Of a stretch of 64,000 nt of DNA, positions 12,790 to 23,720 are shown in pieces (position 1 is the stretch's first letter; each line of letters starts with the position of its first letter). Source of the DNA: Macrostomum lignano. Lineage: Eukaryota. Under the pieces are notes generated by a model, which saw only the letters and a list, made by a program, of their open reading frames with translations, was not told where the DNA came from and searched no databases. The stretch is from contig NIVC01000646.1 of NCBI GenBank assembly GCA_002269645.1, positions 416,616 to 480,615 on the forward strand. Reading direction: 5' to 3'. The position numbers were made by a program, and so were the translations under genes.

Positions 12790-14470
12790 AAAATTGGGGG
12801 GCAATTTGGAAGAGAGGACAATCTAGGAGGCAATCTGGGGGGCAATCTGGGGGCAATATGGGGGCAATATGGGGGCAATCTGGGGGCAATCTGGGGGCAA
12901 TTTGGGAGAGGGACAATCTAGGAGGCAATCAGGGGGGGAAATCTGGGGGCAATCTGGGGGCAATCTGGGGGGGGCAATCTGGGGGCAATCTGGGGGCAAT
13001 CTGGGGGGGGGGCAATCTGGGGGGGGCAATCTGGGGGGCAATCTAGGGGGGGCAATCTGGGGGGGGCAATCTGGGGGGCAATCTGGGGGGCAATCTGGGG
13101 GGCAATCTGGGGGCAATCTGGGGGCAATCTGGGGGCAATCTGGGGGGGGCAATCTGGGGGGGGCAATCTGGGGGTTCAATCTGGGGGCAATCTGGGGGCA
13201 ATCTGGGGGGGCAATCTGGGGGGCAATCTGGGGGGGCAATCTGGGGGCAATCTAGGGGCAATCTGGGGGGGGCAATCTGGGGGGGCAATCTGGGGGGGCA
13301 ATCTGGGGGGCAATCTGGGGGGGCAATCTGGGGGGGCAATCTGGGGGCAATCTGGGGGCAATCTGGGGGCAATCTGGGGGCAATCTGGGGGCAATCTGGG
13401 GGCAATCTGGGGCTATCTGGGGGCTATCTGGGGGCAATCTGGGGGCAATCTGGGTGGCAATCTGGGGGCAATCTGGGGGGGGCAATCTGGGGGCAATCTG
13501 GGGGGGGCAATCTGAGGGCAATCTGGGTGGCAATCTGGGGGCTATCTGGGGGGGCAATCTGAATCTGGGGGGGGGCAATCTGGGGCAATCTAGGGGCAAT
13601 CTGGGGGCAATCTGGGGGGCAATCTAGGGGCAATCTGGGGGCAATCTGGGGGGGGGCAATCTGGGGGCAATCTGGGGCGCAATCTGGGGGGCAATCTGGG
13701 GGGGCAATCTGGAGGCGCAATCTGGGGGCAATCTGGGGGCAATATGGGGGCAATATGGGGGCAATCTGGGGGCAATTTGGGAGAGGGACAATCTAGGAGG
13801 CAATCAGGGGGGGATCTCGGGGCAATCTGGGGGGCAATCTGGGGGCAATCTGGGGGAAATCTGGGGGCAATCTGGGGGGGCAATCTGGGGGGGGCAATCT
13901 GGGGGGGGCAATCTGGGGGCAATCTGGGGCAATCTGGGGGGGCAATCTGGGGGGCAATCTGGGGGGGCAATCTGGGGGGCAATCTGGGGGCAATCTGGGG
14001 GCAATCTGGGGGCAATCTGCATGGGGGGCAATCTGGGGGGCAATCTGGGGGGCAATCTGGGGGGGCAATCTGGGGGGGCAATCTGGGGGGCAATCTGGGG
14101 GGCAATCTGGGGGCAATCTGGGGGCAATCTGGGGGCAATCTGGGGGGGCAATCTGGGGGGGGCAATCAGGGGGGGCAATCTGGGGGCAATCTGGGGGCAA
14201 TCTGGGGGGCAATCTGGGGGGCAATCTGGGGGGGCAATCTGGGGGGGCAATCTGGGGGCAATCTGTGGGCAATCTGGCGGCAATCTGGGGGTGGCAATCT
14301 GGGGGGGGCAATCTGGGGGGGGCAATCTGGGGGGGCAATCTGGGGGGCAATCTGGGGGCAATCTGGGGGCAATCTGGGGGCAATCTGGGGGGCAATCTGG
14401 GGGCAATCTGGGGGCAATCTGGGGGCAATCTGGGGCAATCTGGGGGCAATCTGGGGGGCACTCTGGGGAC
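12790..14470. repeat. G-run array (G4-8 CAATCT)n
   Basis: CAATCT alternates with G tracts of variable length over ~1.7 kb. Confidence 0.95.
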
Positions 14471-15206
14471 AATGTTAGAATTTCAGAACTTCCTGTGGCC
14501 CGCAATAACTATAGCTTATATTTCTGTTCAACATACTCTGCAAAATAATTTAACACAGAAAATCTGTTCTTCTACTCAGCAGTTCGAATCGAACTTGTTG
14601 TGGTTGAAAATTGCGGTTTGCACAATTATTAAAAGAAAGAACAACACGAAACGAATTGAGTGCATTCGAACTAACTAGATATGAAAAATGGAGCAGCATT
14701 ATCAAGAAGTCTAGTAACACCGAAGTTGTAGTGCAAAGTGGGTGATGCTCAATACAATAAAATTGGCCAAGCCAAGTTGTTCAAGCCATTAGGACCATGC
14801 TATGAAGTCGGTAATATTTTGGCCCAGTACTCCTGTACCTCACCGGAAATGAATCATGAATTACACCGCTGTCTAACAGTCAAGGATAAGCAACAGAAAA
14901 TAAATGTTTGATTGAGTGCAACATTTCGGCACAAAGTGCCACTGCAAACAGGTGAGTATAGTAGGAAGGTTGAGAAATTTGTCAGTTTAATGAGTACAAC
15001 GAACACACATGGAAAAAGCAAGATCGTTAACATATTCGATACATAAATCGTCACAGTAAAAGGAAACAGTTATAAATTTGTGGCAAAATGTTGCGGAATT
15101 GAAAGAGGTGCAAAAAAAAGAGTATTGCTTTCATTCTATCAGCGTAGTTAAAAAATGACCTTAAAGCAAGTGGCTCAAACCGCGAAGAGAGTAGGTGGAG
15201 GAGTGC

Positions 15207-15385
15207 GGCGTGGGGTGGGTGCAATGTGCAGGGATAGCAAAGCATGACTGTCCATCCACCAACTCTCCCAGCCAATCGGGGCCAACCAGCAATTAAACGG
15301 CGTGGGGTGGGTGCAGTGTGCAGGGATAGAAAAGCAAGGCTGTCTACCAACTCTTCCAGCCAATCAGAGCCGACCAGTACGCTCG
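15207..15385. repeat. Two-copy 92-bp direct duplication downstream of the FGF stop
   Basis: GGCGTGGGGTGGGTGCA...CAGCCAATC at 15207 and 15299. Confidence 0.8.
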
Positions 15386-15596
15386 TAATTAAAATGGCGT
15401 GAGGTCGGTGCTGGGGCGAGGCAAAAAGCAATGACCTATTGCCGAGCGCTGCATCTGAGGCTATTTAAGGCAAACAAGGACCAAAAAGGCACAACACAAT
15501 CCTATCAGCAAAATCCAAAGGGAATGAAAATAACTAGACTAGCCAAAATAGATACTTTAAATAGAACTAATTTCCGAATGAGTGAATCCAGTTCCT

Positions 15597-16865
15597 TCAT
15601 TCGCAGCCAATATAGTTGTAAAACTTAGGAAAAGATTTCCATTGTCTCCGCAATTTCTTCAACTGTGGCATTGTCAGAAGCCGCCGTCTCGCCCGCCTTG
15701 TCCGCTGGCACCTGCCGCCGGTCCTGGCTTCCAGCCGCAGCTTGCCGGCCCTGGCGTGCCGCACCGCCAGGGCGAAACTCACCGAGTCGTCCAGCCGGGC
15801 CAACCGCAAAGATTCTTCCACCTCGACCGCGGGCCGCCCGGCCGACTGCAGCCGCCAGCGCTCGCTCTTCTCCGTCCGGTGGCGCAGCAGTGCCTCGCGA
15901 ATTTTCGATCGCGACGCCAGGCTGATGTTCAGCGTCGAGCGCAGCGTCGCTACGAGGCTGCCGCCGCCGCCGCCGCCGTTAGATCGCAGCAGCCGCAGCA
16001 GCTCCTTTCGAGTCTGGCGACGCCTTCGCCGGCGCGCCCGCCGAGCCCGGTAGCCGCCAGCCGCCAGAGCCGGACAGACGCGCTCGGCCAGCAGGCTGGC
16101 CACCCTCGCCGACTCGAAGGCGAGCGTCAGCAGGTCGCGCCGGCAGTGAAGCTTCCGGCTACGCCGCAGACGACGCCGGAACACGCAGCCGCGGCGGCCC
16201 GTTCCAGCGTCGTCCAGAAAGGCCAGCGCGAGGTCCTTGTTGAAGTAGCGGTTCGCCAGCCTGACGGCCCGGTCTCCGGCTCGGGCGCGGAGTTTGGCGC
16301 GCAGCTGGCGCAGCTGGCGCCGAACCCGTCTGGTGAGCGCCGCTTTCTCCAGCGCGTGCGCCTCCGCGGCCGCCTTGGCAGCCGAGCAGCGCGCGTCAAC
16401 GTTGGCGCCGCCAGCGGCCTCGCTCTCTCTGAGACGCCGTCGAGTGGCCGAGTTCAGCGACTCGGTCTCCAAGCGCACCAGGCGGCCGGCGCCGATTTCC
16501 ACCTGTTCAGTCGGCCTCGTCTCGTTCCGGCGCGTCTTGTCCATCACAGTCCAGCGGAGACCGTCGGCGTCCACTTTGCGTCGCTCTTCCACCAGGAATA
16601 CGACTGACTTGGAGCGGCCGCGCAGCTCGCGCCCGTTCTGCGGATGGCTGTCGCTGATGCCGAGGTACCAGCGGCTTGCCGCCTTACGACTGCGCGTCCC
16701 ATTGCCGCCTCCTTTGACGGTAGCGTCCGGCAGGATGGCCCGGTAGAAGGTGGCCACGGTGAAGCGGCTGCTGGCGGGGCGGTGGCTCCGGTCTGGCAGT
16801 GGCAGGTCGGGCAGCAGCCGGCCGCGCCACAGGCAGTCCTCGGGCAGGCGGCCGGACTCGACTTT
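15597..16865 (-). CDS. FGF-like exon 3 (rest of core and basic tail)
   Basis: Part of ORF 15597..16907 after acceptor ccccgttgcag. GC-rich third codon positions continue nearly to the TGA stop. Confidence 0.85.
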   Translation of the reverse strand, partial: KVESGRLPEDCLWRGRLLPDLPLPDRSHRPASSRFTVATFYRAILPDATVKGGGNGTRSRKAASRWYLGISDSHPQNGRELRGRSKSVVFLVEERRKVDADGLRWTVMDKTRRNETRPTEQVEIGAGRLVRLETESLNSATRRRLRESEAAGGANVDARCSAAKAAAEAHALEKAALTRRVRRQLRQLRAKLRARAGDRAVRLANRYFNKDLALAFLDDAGTGRRGCVFRRRLRRSRKLHCRRDLLTLAFESARVASLLAERVCPALAAGGYRARRARRRRRRQTRKELLRLLRSNGGGGGGSLVATLRSTLNISLASRSKIREALLRHRTEKSERWRLQSAGRPAVEVEESLRLARLDDSVSFALAVRHARAGKLRLEARTGGRCQRTRRARRRLLTMPQLKKLRRQWKSFPKFYNYIGCE

Positions 16866-19800
16866 CTGCAACGGGGATTGGGGAGGTGGCCTTAACTGTA
16901 GATACATGTATAAGGTGCCTTATCTACGGAGTTTCTCTTGGATACAACTGCTTAGCAACGGGGCTTCCCTTAGATACACTTCTTACAAACAGGGACTAGT
17001 TTCGATGACGCAGATGTTGCAGCAGATTTTTAATAGGCATCTAAATAGAGGAACTGCGACATGATTGGCAAACTGCCAAATAACAGAGTGGTGCCAATTT
17101 TCTCATTGTCTGACGCCATCCTCAATTAGCCGCATCAATAAAAATGTTTAGAAATCGAATCCATAATCTACAAGTGTATAGCTGAATCCTCATACCGTTA
17201 TTGATGCCCAATTGATCAATTATGAATTATGAATTATGAATATGTTAGAAAATTATTGATTGTAAAGAAATTTAAATAGAGAACTTTTTTTGATTGATAA
17301 TTCTATGAAACTTTAAAACTTACATGACAAAGATACACTCGGACTGGCGTGAATGCAGTGCAGCCTATCCCTCTGCTGAGAGAGCCAGAATTGGGGTTGG
17401 GCGTGGATTGAACCTCCCGCTAAGAGAGACAGAATTGGGGTGGGCTTGGATGGAACCTCCCGCTAAGAGAGCCGGAATGGGGGTGGGCGTGGTTGAACCC
17501 TCCGCAGGAGAGCCGGAATTTGGGTGGGCGTGGATTGAACCTCCCGCTAAGAGAGCCAGAATTGGGGTGGGCGTGGATTGAATTTCCCGCTGAGAGAGCC
17601 AGAATTGGGGTGGGCGTTGATTGAACCTCCCGCTGAGAGAGCCGGAATTGGGGTGGGCGTGGTTGAACCCTCCGCAGGGACAGCCGGAATTGGGGTGGGC
17701 GTGGTTGAACCCCCCGCAGTGAGAGACAGAATTGGGGTGGGCGTGGATTGAACTTCCCGCTAAGAGAGATAGAATTGGGGTGGGCGTGGTTGAACCCCCC
17801 CCCCCGCAGGGAGAGCCAGAATGGAGTGAGGCGGATGGTAGTTAATGTACAAAGTTAATTACCGTGGTGTAGACATCCGCCAAGTTGTTCATGCAGATGT
17901 AGTGTTTCCCAAAATGGCTTTTGATTAAAAACTTAAATTCGCCTCTGTCCGAGGCCTTGTCGCCCGGCAGTTGTAGAGGCTGACCAGTGTTAAAGTTTAA
18001 CACCATCTGGACATTTAGCACTGGAAAATGTGAAATACGGGTTCAAGATTGCCGACTGTAAAAATCCGAAATTAAACTCATCGTTTTCAAAATGAATTAC
18101 TCAACTTTTTGTAGGCGGAAAAGCCTCGTTGAACTTCTCTACTACTTCGCATTTTGTTTAAGTTGGCAGCGTGCCAAAATGAGAGGAAGAATCTCCCCCC
18201 AAATATATCCTGAGTGGAGAATCCGCATAGGGTAGCAGGAGCGGAATGCGTGGGCGGTGGAGCCCTTGTGACTCAATACCCAATTGTGCATTCAATGGGA
18301 GCAGAACTGGACCAAGCAGTGTGAGGGGAGACAAAAGTAGTGCAGGCTAGAAACCAATTGGCTCGCTTCCAAGTTGGGATTAAAACCTGCATGAAGCTGG
18401 GATGATGTTCGCTCCTCTGCTACAAGTTGGCAGGCTGCCAGAACACGGGTAAATTTGTCTGAAAAATTGCCAGACAAAATAGAATACGGGTGGCAACGTA
18501 AATCTCTACTGCAGGCATTTTTATAGGCAGTCGGAAATTAATAATTAATCATTGCCGGCCTCAGCACGCATTTCCCATTCAATTTGATCAACAATATATA
18601 GAGTTGCGATTCCAAAAATTGTCGGCCACGTCGACTGCCGATATGTGGCGCAGAAAACTTTCTTATGGAGCTATTCGACTTGGTGTGCTGTTTGTGATGC
18701 TGTTTGTGGTGCTGTTTGTGGTGCTGTTTGTGATGCTGTTTGTGGTGCTGTTTGTGGTGCTGTTTGTGGTGCTGTTTGCGATACTGTTTGTGGTGCTGTT
18801 TGTGATGCTGTTTGTGGTGCTGTTTGTGATGCTGTTTGTGATGCTGTTTGTGGTGCTGTTTTTGATGCTGTTTGTGGTGCTGTTTGTGGTGCTGTTTGTG
18901 GTGCTGTTTGTGGTGCTGTTTGTGGTGCTGTTTGTGGTGCTGTTTGTGGTGCTGTTTGTGGTGCTGTTTGTGATGCTGTTTGTGGTGCTGTTTGTGATGC
19001 TGTTTGTGGTGCTGTTTGTGGTGCTGTTTGTGGTGCTGTTTGTGGTGCTGTTTGTGATGCTGTTTGTGGTGCTGTTTGTGATGCTGTTTGTGGTGCTGTT
19101 TGTGATGCTGTTTGTGATGCTGTTTGTGATGCTGTTTGTGGTGCTGTTTGTGGTGCTGTTTGTGGTGCTGTTTGTGATGCTGTTTGTGGTGCTGTTTGTG
19201 ATGCTGTTTGTGGTGCTGTTTGTGATGCTTTTTGTGGTGCTGTTTGTGATGCTGTTTGTGATGCTGTTTGTGATGCTGTTTGTGATGCTGTTTGTGGTGC
19301 TGTTTGTGGTGCTGTTTGTGGTGCTGTTTGTGGTGCTGTTTGTGGTGCTGTTTGTGGTGCTGTTTGTGGTGCTGTTGGTATTGCTAAAAATTGGGGCTGT
19401 TGCGGGGTGCCCAGTGGGCACTGCACAGTGTTGCAGAAGCTGGAGCACTCGAAGAGTTCAAGGCAGACAACTAATTGGGGTGAGCACTGACAGTCTGACA
19501 GACAGACAGACAGAAACTTGACAAGCTATAAAAACTCAAATATCTCGCTGACAGTTTCAAAGGGCCTTTCCAATGCACAGACACATAAAAACAAATATTT
19601 CTGTAGCTTCAAAAATCTTATTCGAATTTCAATAAATTTCAGACATTTGTTGAACTTTGAATCTGAAATTTACTGAGAGACTGTGAAAGAACTTTTGCCA
19701 AGTGCAGAGAAACTGAAGGAAGCTGAAAATCTGTACAGCAGTTCACTGTTCGTCATCAAAACAGCGATTGGTGAAGTTGAAATATGCTTATTGGACACTG

Positions 19801-21170
19801 CCTCAGCTTACGCAACTGAAAAATCTCACACTGCAACTCACACTGCAACTCGCACTGCAACTTGCACAGCATCTCACACTGCAACTCACACTGCAACTCG
19901 CACTGCAACTCACACTGCAACTCGCACTGCAACTCACACTGCAACTCACACTGCAACTCGCACTTCGCAACTCGCACTGCAACTCACACTGCAACTCACA
20001 CTGCAACTCACACTGCAACTCACACTGCAACTCACACTGCAACTCACACTGCAACTCACACTGCAACTCACACTGCAACTCACACTGCAACTCACACTGC
20101 AACTCGCACTGCAACTCACACTGCAACTCACACTGCAACTCACACTGCAACTCGCACTTCGCAACTCGCACTTCGCAACTCGCACTGCAACTCACACTGC
20201 AACTCACACTGCAACTCACACTGCAACTCACACTGCAACTCGCACTGCAACTCACACTGCAACTCACACTGCAACTCGCACTTCGCAACTCACACTGCAA
20301 CTCACACTGCAACTCACACTGCAACTCACACTGCAACTCACACTGCAACTCACACTGCAACTCACACTGCAACTCGCACTGCAACTCACACTGCAACTCA
20401 CACTGCAACTCGCACTGCAACTCGCACTTCGCAACTCACACTGCAACTCACACTGCAACTCACACTGCAACTCACACTGCAACTCACACTGCAACTCATA
20501 CTGCAACTCACACTGCAACTCATACTGCAACTCACACTGCAACTCGCACTTCGCAACTCACACTGCAACTCACACTGCAACTCACACTGCAACTCACACT
20601 GCAACTCACACTGCAACTCACACTGCATCTCACACTGCAACTCACACTGCATCTCACACTGCATCTCACACTGCAACTCACACTGCAACTTGCACTGCAA
20701 CTCACACTGCAACTTGCACTGCAACTCACACTGCAACTTGCACTGCAACTCACACTGCATCTCACACTGCATCTCACACTGCATCTCACACAGCAACTCT
20801 TACTGCAACTCACACTGATGAAGACACAGAAAGTACAGAAGGACCAAAGAAAGTTCACCGCCTCACCTGTCTCAGCCGTCCAGCCCTGAAACCGTTCGCT
20901 GCGCAGCCGACCCACCGAGCTCACGACCAGCGCCTCGCGCCTCTTAAAGTCGGCGCTATCGAAACCGCTGTTGCTCAGCGTCTCCATGGCCGCCTCGCCG
21001 ATGCTGAACCCAACTCGATGCGGACTGGCGCTTCGCCGTATCAGTTTGGCGCCGCCGGCGCTAGTAGGCGCTAATTCTAGCGCCTGCATTGCCGGTCTGG
21101 CGCCAGTGGATTTGATAGAAATTAAAATTATTAGAAGCAAAAGACTGCAAGGGTTCGGACCCGCCAGCAT
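15597..21170 (-). CDS. FGF8/17/18: Secreted fibroblast growth factor, FGF8/17/18-like, 3 exons (20867-21170, 17863-18020, 15597-16865), 576 aa, with long Arg-rich C-terminal extension
   Basis: Exons join in frame: 304+158+1269=1731 nt, intron phases 1 and 0. Donors ACAG|GTGAGG and ACG|GTAATT; acceptors ttttccag| and cgttgcag|. Signal peptide MLAGPNPCSLLLLIILISIKSTGA. Core motifs IKSHFGKHYICMN, EDCLW, RWYLGI and VVFL match FGF8-family YICMN / KDCVF / WYMAF / VHFM. Intron positions and phases match the FGF core. Confidence 0.82.
17379..17825. repeat. 44-bp minisatellite in FGF intron 2
   Basis: Unit contains GAATTGGGGTGGGCGTGG; about 10 copies. Confidence 0.92.
17863..18020 (-). CDS. FGF-like exon 2 (VLNVQMVL...FLIKSHFGKHYICMNNLADVYTT)
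   Basis: Absent from the ORF track. 158 nt, phase 1 in and phase 0 out, contains YICMN. Confidence 0.85.
18682..19377. repeat. 12-bp minisatellite in FGF intron 1
   Basis: (G[G/A]TGCTGTTTGT)n. Confidence 0.95.
19826..20815. repeat. 12-bp minisatellite in FGF intron 1
   Basis: (ACTGCAACTCAC)n. Confidence 0.95.
20867..21170 (-). CDS. FGF-like exon 1 (signal peptide and first strands)
   Basis: ATG at 21170, hydrophobic LLLLIILISI, consensus donor at 20866, phase 1. Confidence 0.75.
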
Positions 21171-21199
21171 AGTGTCTGCGGAGATTGCTTTTTAAATTC

Positions 21200-21345
21200 C
21201 AACTTTGATAGAAAATTTGAGTCCCGAATCTGGGCTGCAAAACTTCAATGTGTCTCCGCTTTTTCGCCGAAAACTGCCCCCGTTTTATTTGCCGTCATGC
21301 CGTGGCGCGCGCCGGCTTCTGATTGGCTGGCCAGGGGTCCAAGCC
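21200..21345 (-). promoter_or_regulatory. Candidate FGF promoter
   Basis: CpG-rich patch (ggcgcgcgcc) and CCAAT box (plus-strand gattggc, ~21321) about 150 bp upstream of the ATG. Confidence 0.4.
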
Positions 21346-21429
21346 ACTGCTCTCAAAGCGCTTCCACTTTGCAGATTACTTATAGTAGGAATGAGTGGAC
21401 TGCTGCTGTCCGATTGCGCCTTCTATCGC

Positions 21430-21735
21430 AATCATAAATAATAATTGCTTACACCACCTGCCCCAATTGGGCCAGATGTGCAACCGACAGCTCAGCCGCA
21501 GCTATTGCGCGGCGCATCTGAAGGCTGCGTACGGCTGTTCAGTCCAAGGACGGGGGAGTCGCCACAAACACCCTCAATTACCCCAGCTGGCACCCATTTT
21601 ACACCTGGGTGAACTGAAGCAATGCAGAGTTAAGTGTCTTGCTCGAGGACACAAATTGTTCCGGTGGGATCTGGACTCAAACCCCCGAACCTTCAAGTTG
21701 TCAGTCCGATGCTCCAACCACTGATCTAAAACCCT
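21430..21735 (-). mobile_element. tRNA-derived CORE-like SINE, copy 1
   Basis: Clearly similar to 52163-52469. Degenerate A/B boxes; central GTGTCCTCGAGCAAGACACTTAACTC...TGTAAAATGGG resembles the MIR/CORE domain. Confidence 0.8.
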
Positions 21736-22155
21736 CAACCTGAGATACCCCTCAGTCTGAACTATAGTTGAAGCCAAATCAATCAGAACCGAAGACGTAC
21801 ACGCAGAAACTGATATTAGCTAAGTGGCGAGCTAGAAAATTAAACCAGTTCTAAAATCTATTCATGAAATCAATTCATGGTTTGTATATTTTGTATTTAA
21901 TCTACCAATATTTAGATAAAATGGCTAATTGCATTTACGCTTGGTCACTTGTCAAACAAATTCAAGACTCAAGTGCCATTGTAAACAGTACTTTAAAAAA
22001 CAAAAATAATCGAAGACTAATTATAAAAATATATAGACTAAGAAAGCTCTGCTTTTGTAATAAGACACTTCTAAAAATGGATTAAAATGGTGCTGCGATT
22101 GTGGCGCAGGTTCGCAGAGTGGTTGTCAGCACGACCACCTACTGCGCTACAGTAG

Positions 22156-23600
22156 GTAATTAGTGGGGCCGAAACCTGTTCTCAGCAATTATCAGAAGTA
22201 ATTAGTGGGGCCGAAACCTGTTCTCAGCAATTATCAGAAGTAATTAGTGGGGCCGAACCTGTTCTCAGCAGTTATCAGAAGTAATTAGTGGGGCCGAACC
22301 TGTTCTCAGCAATTATCAGAAGTAATTAGTGGGGCCGAAACCTGTTCTCAGCAATTATCAGAAGTAATTAGTGGGGCCGAACCTGTTCTCAGCAGTTATC
22401 AGAAGTAATTAGTGGGGCCGAACCTGTTCTCAGCAATTATCAGAAGTAATTAGTGGGGCCGAACCTGTTCTCAGCAATTATCAGAGGTAATTTGTGAGGC
22501 CGAAACCTGTTCTCAGCAATTATCAGAGGTAATTAGTGGGGCCGAAACCTGTTCTCAGCAATTATCAGAGGTAATTAGTGGGGTCAAAACCTGTTCTCAG
22601 CAGTTATCAGAAGTAATTAGTGGGGCCGAACCTGTTCTCAGCAATTATCAGAGGTAATTAGTGGGGTCAAAACCTGTTCTCAGCAATTATCAGAAGTAAT
22701 TAGTGGGGCCGAAACCTGTTCTCAGCAATTATCAGAGGTAATTAGTGGGGCCGAAACCTGTTCTCAGCAATTATCAGAGGTAATTAGTGGGGCCGAAACC
22801 TGTTCTCAGCAATTATCAGAAGTAACTAGTGGGGCCGAAACCTGTTCTCAGCAATTATCAGAAGTAATTAGTGGGGCCGAAACCTGTTCTCAGCAATTAT
22901 CAGAGGTAATTAGTGGGGCCGAAACCTGTTCTCAGCAATTATCAGAAGTAATTAGTGGGGCCGAAACCTGTTCTCAGCAATTATCAGAAGTAATTAGTGG
23001 GGCCTGTTCTCAGCAATTATCAGAGGTAATTAGTGGGGCCGAAACCTGTTCTCAGCAATTATCAGAAGTAATTAGTGGGGCCGAAACCTGTTCTCAGCAA
23101 TTATCAGAGGTAATTAGTGGGGTCGAAACCTGTTCTCAGCAATTATCAGAGGTAATTAGTGGGGCCGAAACCTGTTCTCAGCAATTATCAGAAGTAATTA
23201 GTGGGGCCGAAACCTGTTCTCAGCAATTATCAGAGGTAATTAGTGGGGTCGAAACCTGTTCTCAGCAATTATCAGAGGTAATTAGTGGGGCCGAAACCTG
23301 TTCTCAGCAATTATCAGAAGTAATTAGTGGGGCCGAAACCTGTTCTCAGCAATTATCAGAGGTAATTAGTGGGGTCGAAACCTGTTCTCAGCAATTATCA
23401 GAGGTAATTAGTGGGGCCGAAACCTGTTCTCAGCAGTTATCAGAAGTAATTAGTGGGGCCGAAACCTGTTCTCAGCAGTTATCAGAAGTAATTAGTGGGG
23501 CCGAAACCTGTTCTCAGCAGTTATCAGAAGTAATTGGTGGGGCCGAACCTGTTCTCAGCAGTTATCAGAAGTAAATAGTGTGGCCGAAACCCATCAACAA
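22156..23600. repeat. 42-bp homogeneous minisatellite between METTL7 and FGF
   Basis: Unit GTAATTAGTGGGGCCGAAACCTGTTCTCAGCAATTATCAGAA, about 34 copies, no spacers. Confidence 0.95.
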
Positions 23601-23720
23601 TTATCAATAGTAATTCGCAGGGCAGACACACCAGGTGCCTCCATATTTGTGCAGCCAATTGCAATACACGGCACACCTTCATAATGGCTAATTCCATATT
23701 CCATAGGTTGAGCCACTCAG

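Noticed and set aside
12823-14678. Gly- or Pro-rich repeat proteins
   Set aside because: Frames of the G-run array; G-tract lengths vary without preserving frame.
15582-16607. 341-aa plus-strand ORF
   Set aside because: Antisense shadow of the GC-biased FGF exon 3.
18292-18457. Possible extra phase-1 FGF exon (DKFTRVLAACQLVAEERTSSQLHAG)
   Set aside because: The acceptor is plausible but the donor is weak, and it would interrupt the conserved FGF intron pattern. Not excluded as a minor isoform.
18604-21074. Mucin-like or Cys-rich repeat proteins (TNST, GAVC, THTA, HCNS frames)
   Set aside because: 12-bp arrays are open in several frames on both strands and lie inside FGF intron 1.
22156-23600. 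CRISPR-like array
   Set aside because: Head-to-tail 42-mers with no unique spacers, no cas genes, and a eukaryotic context.
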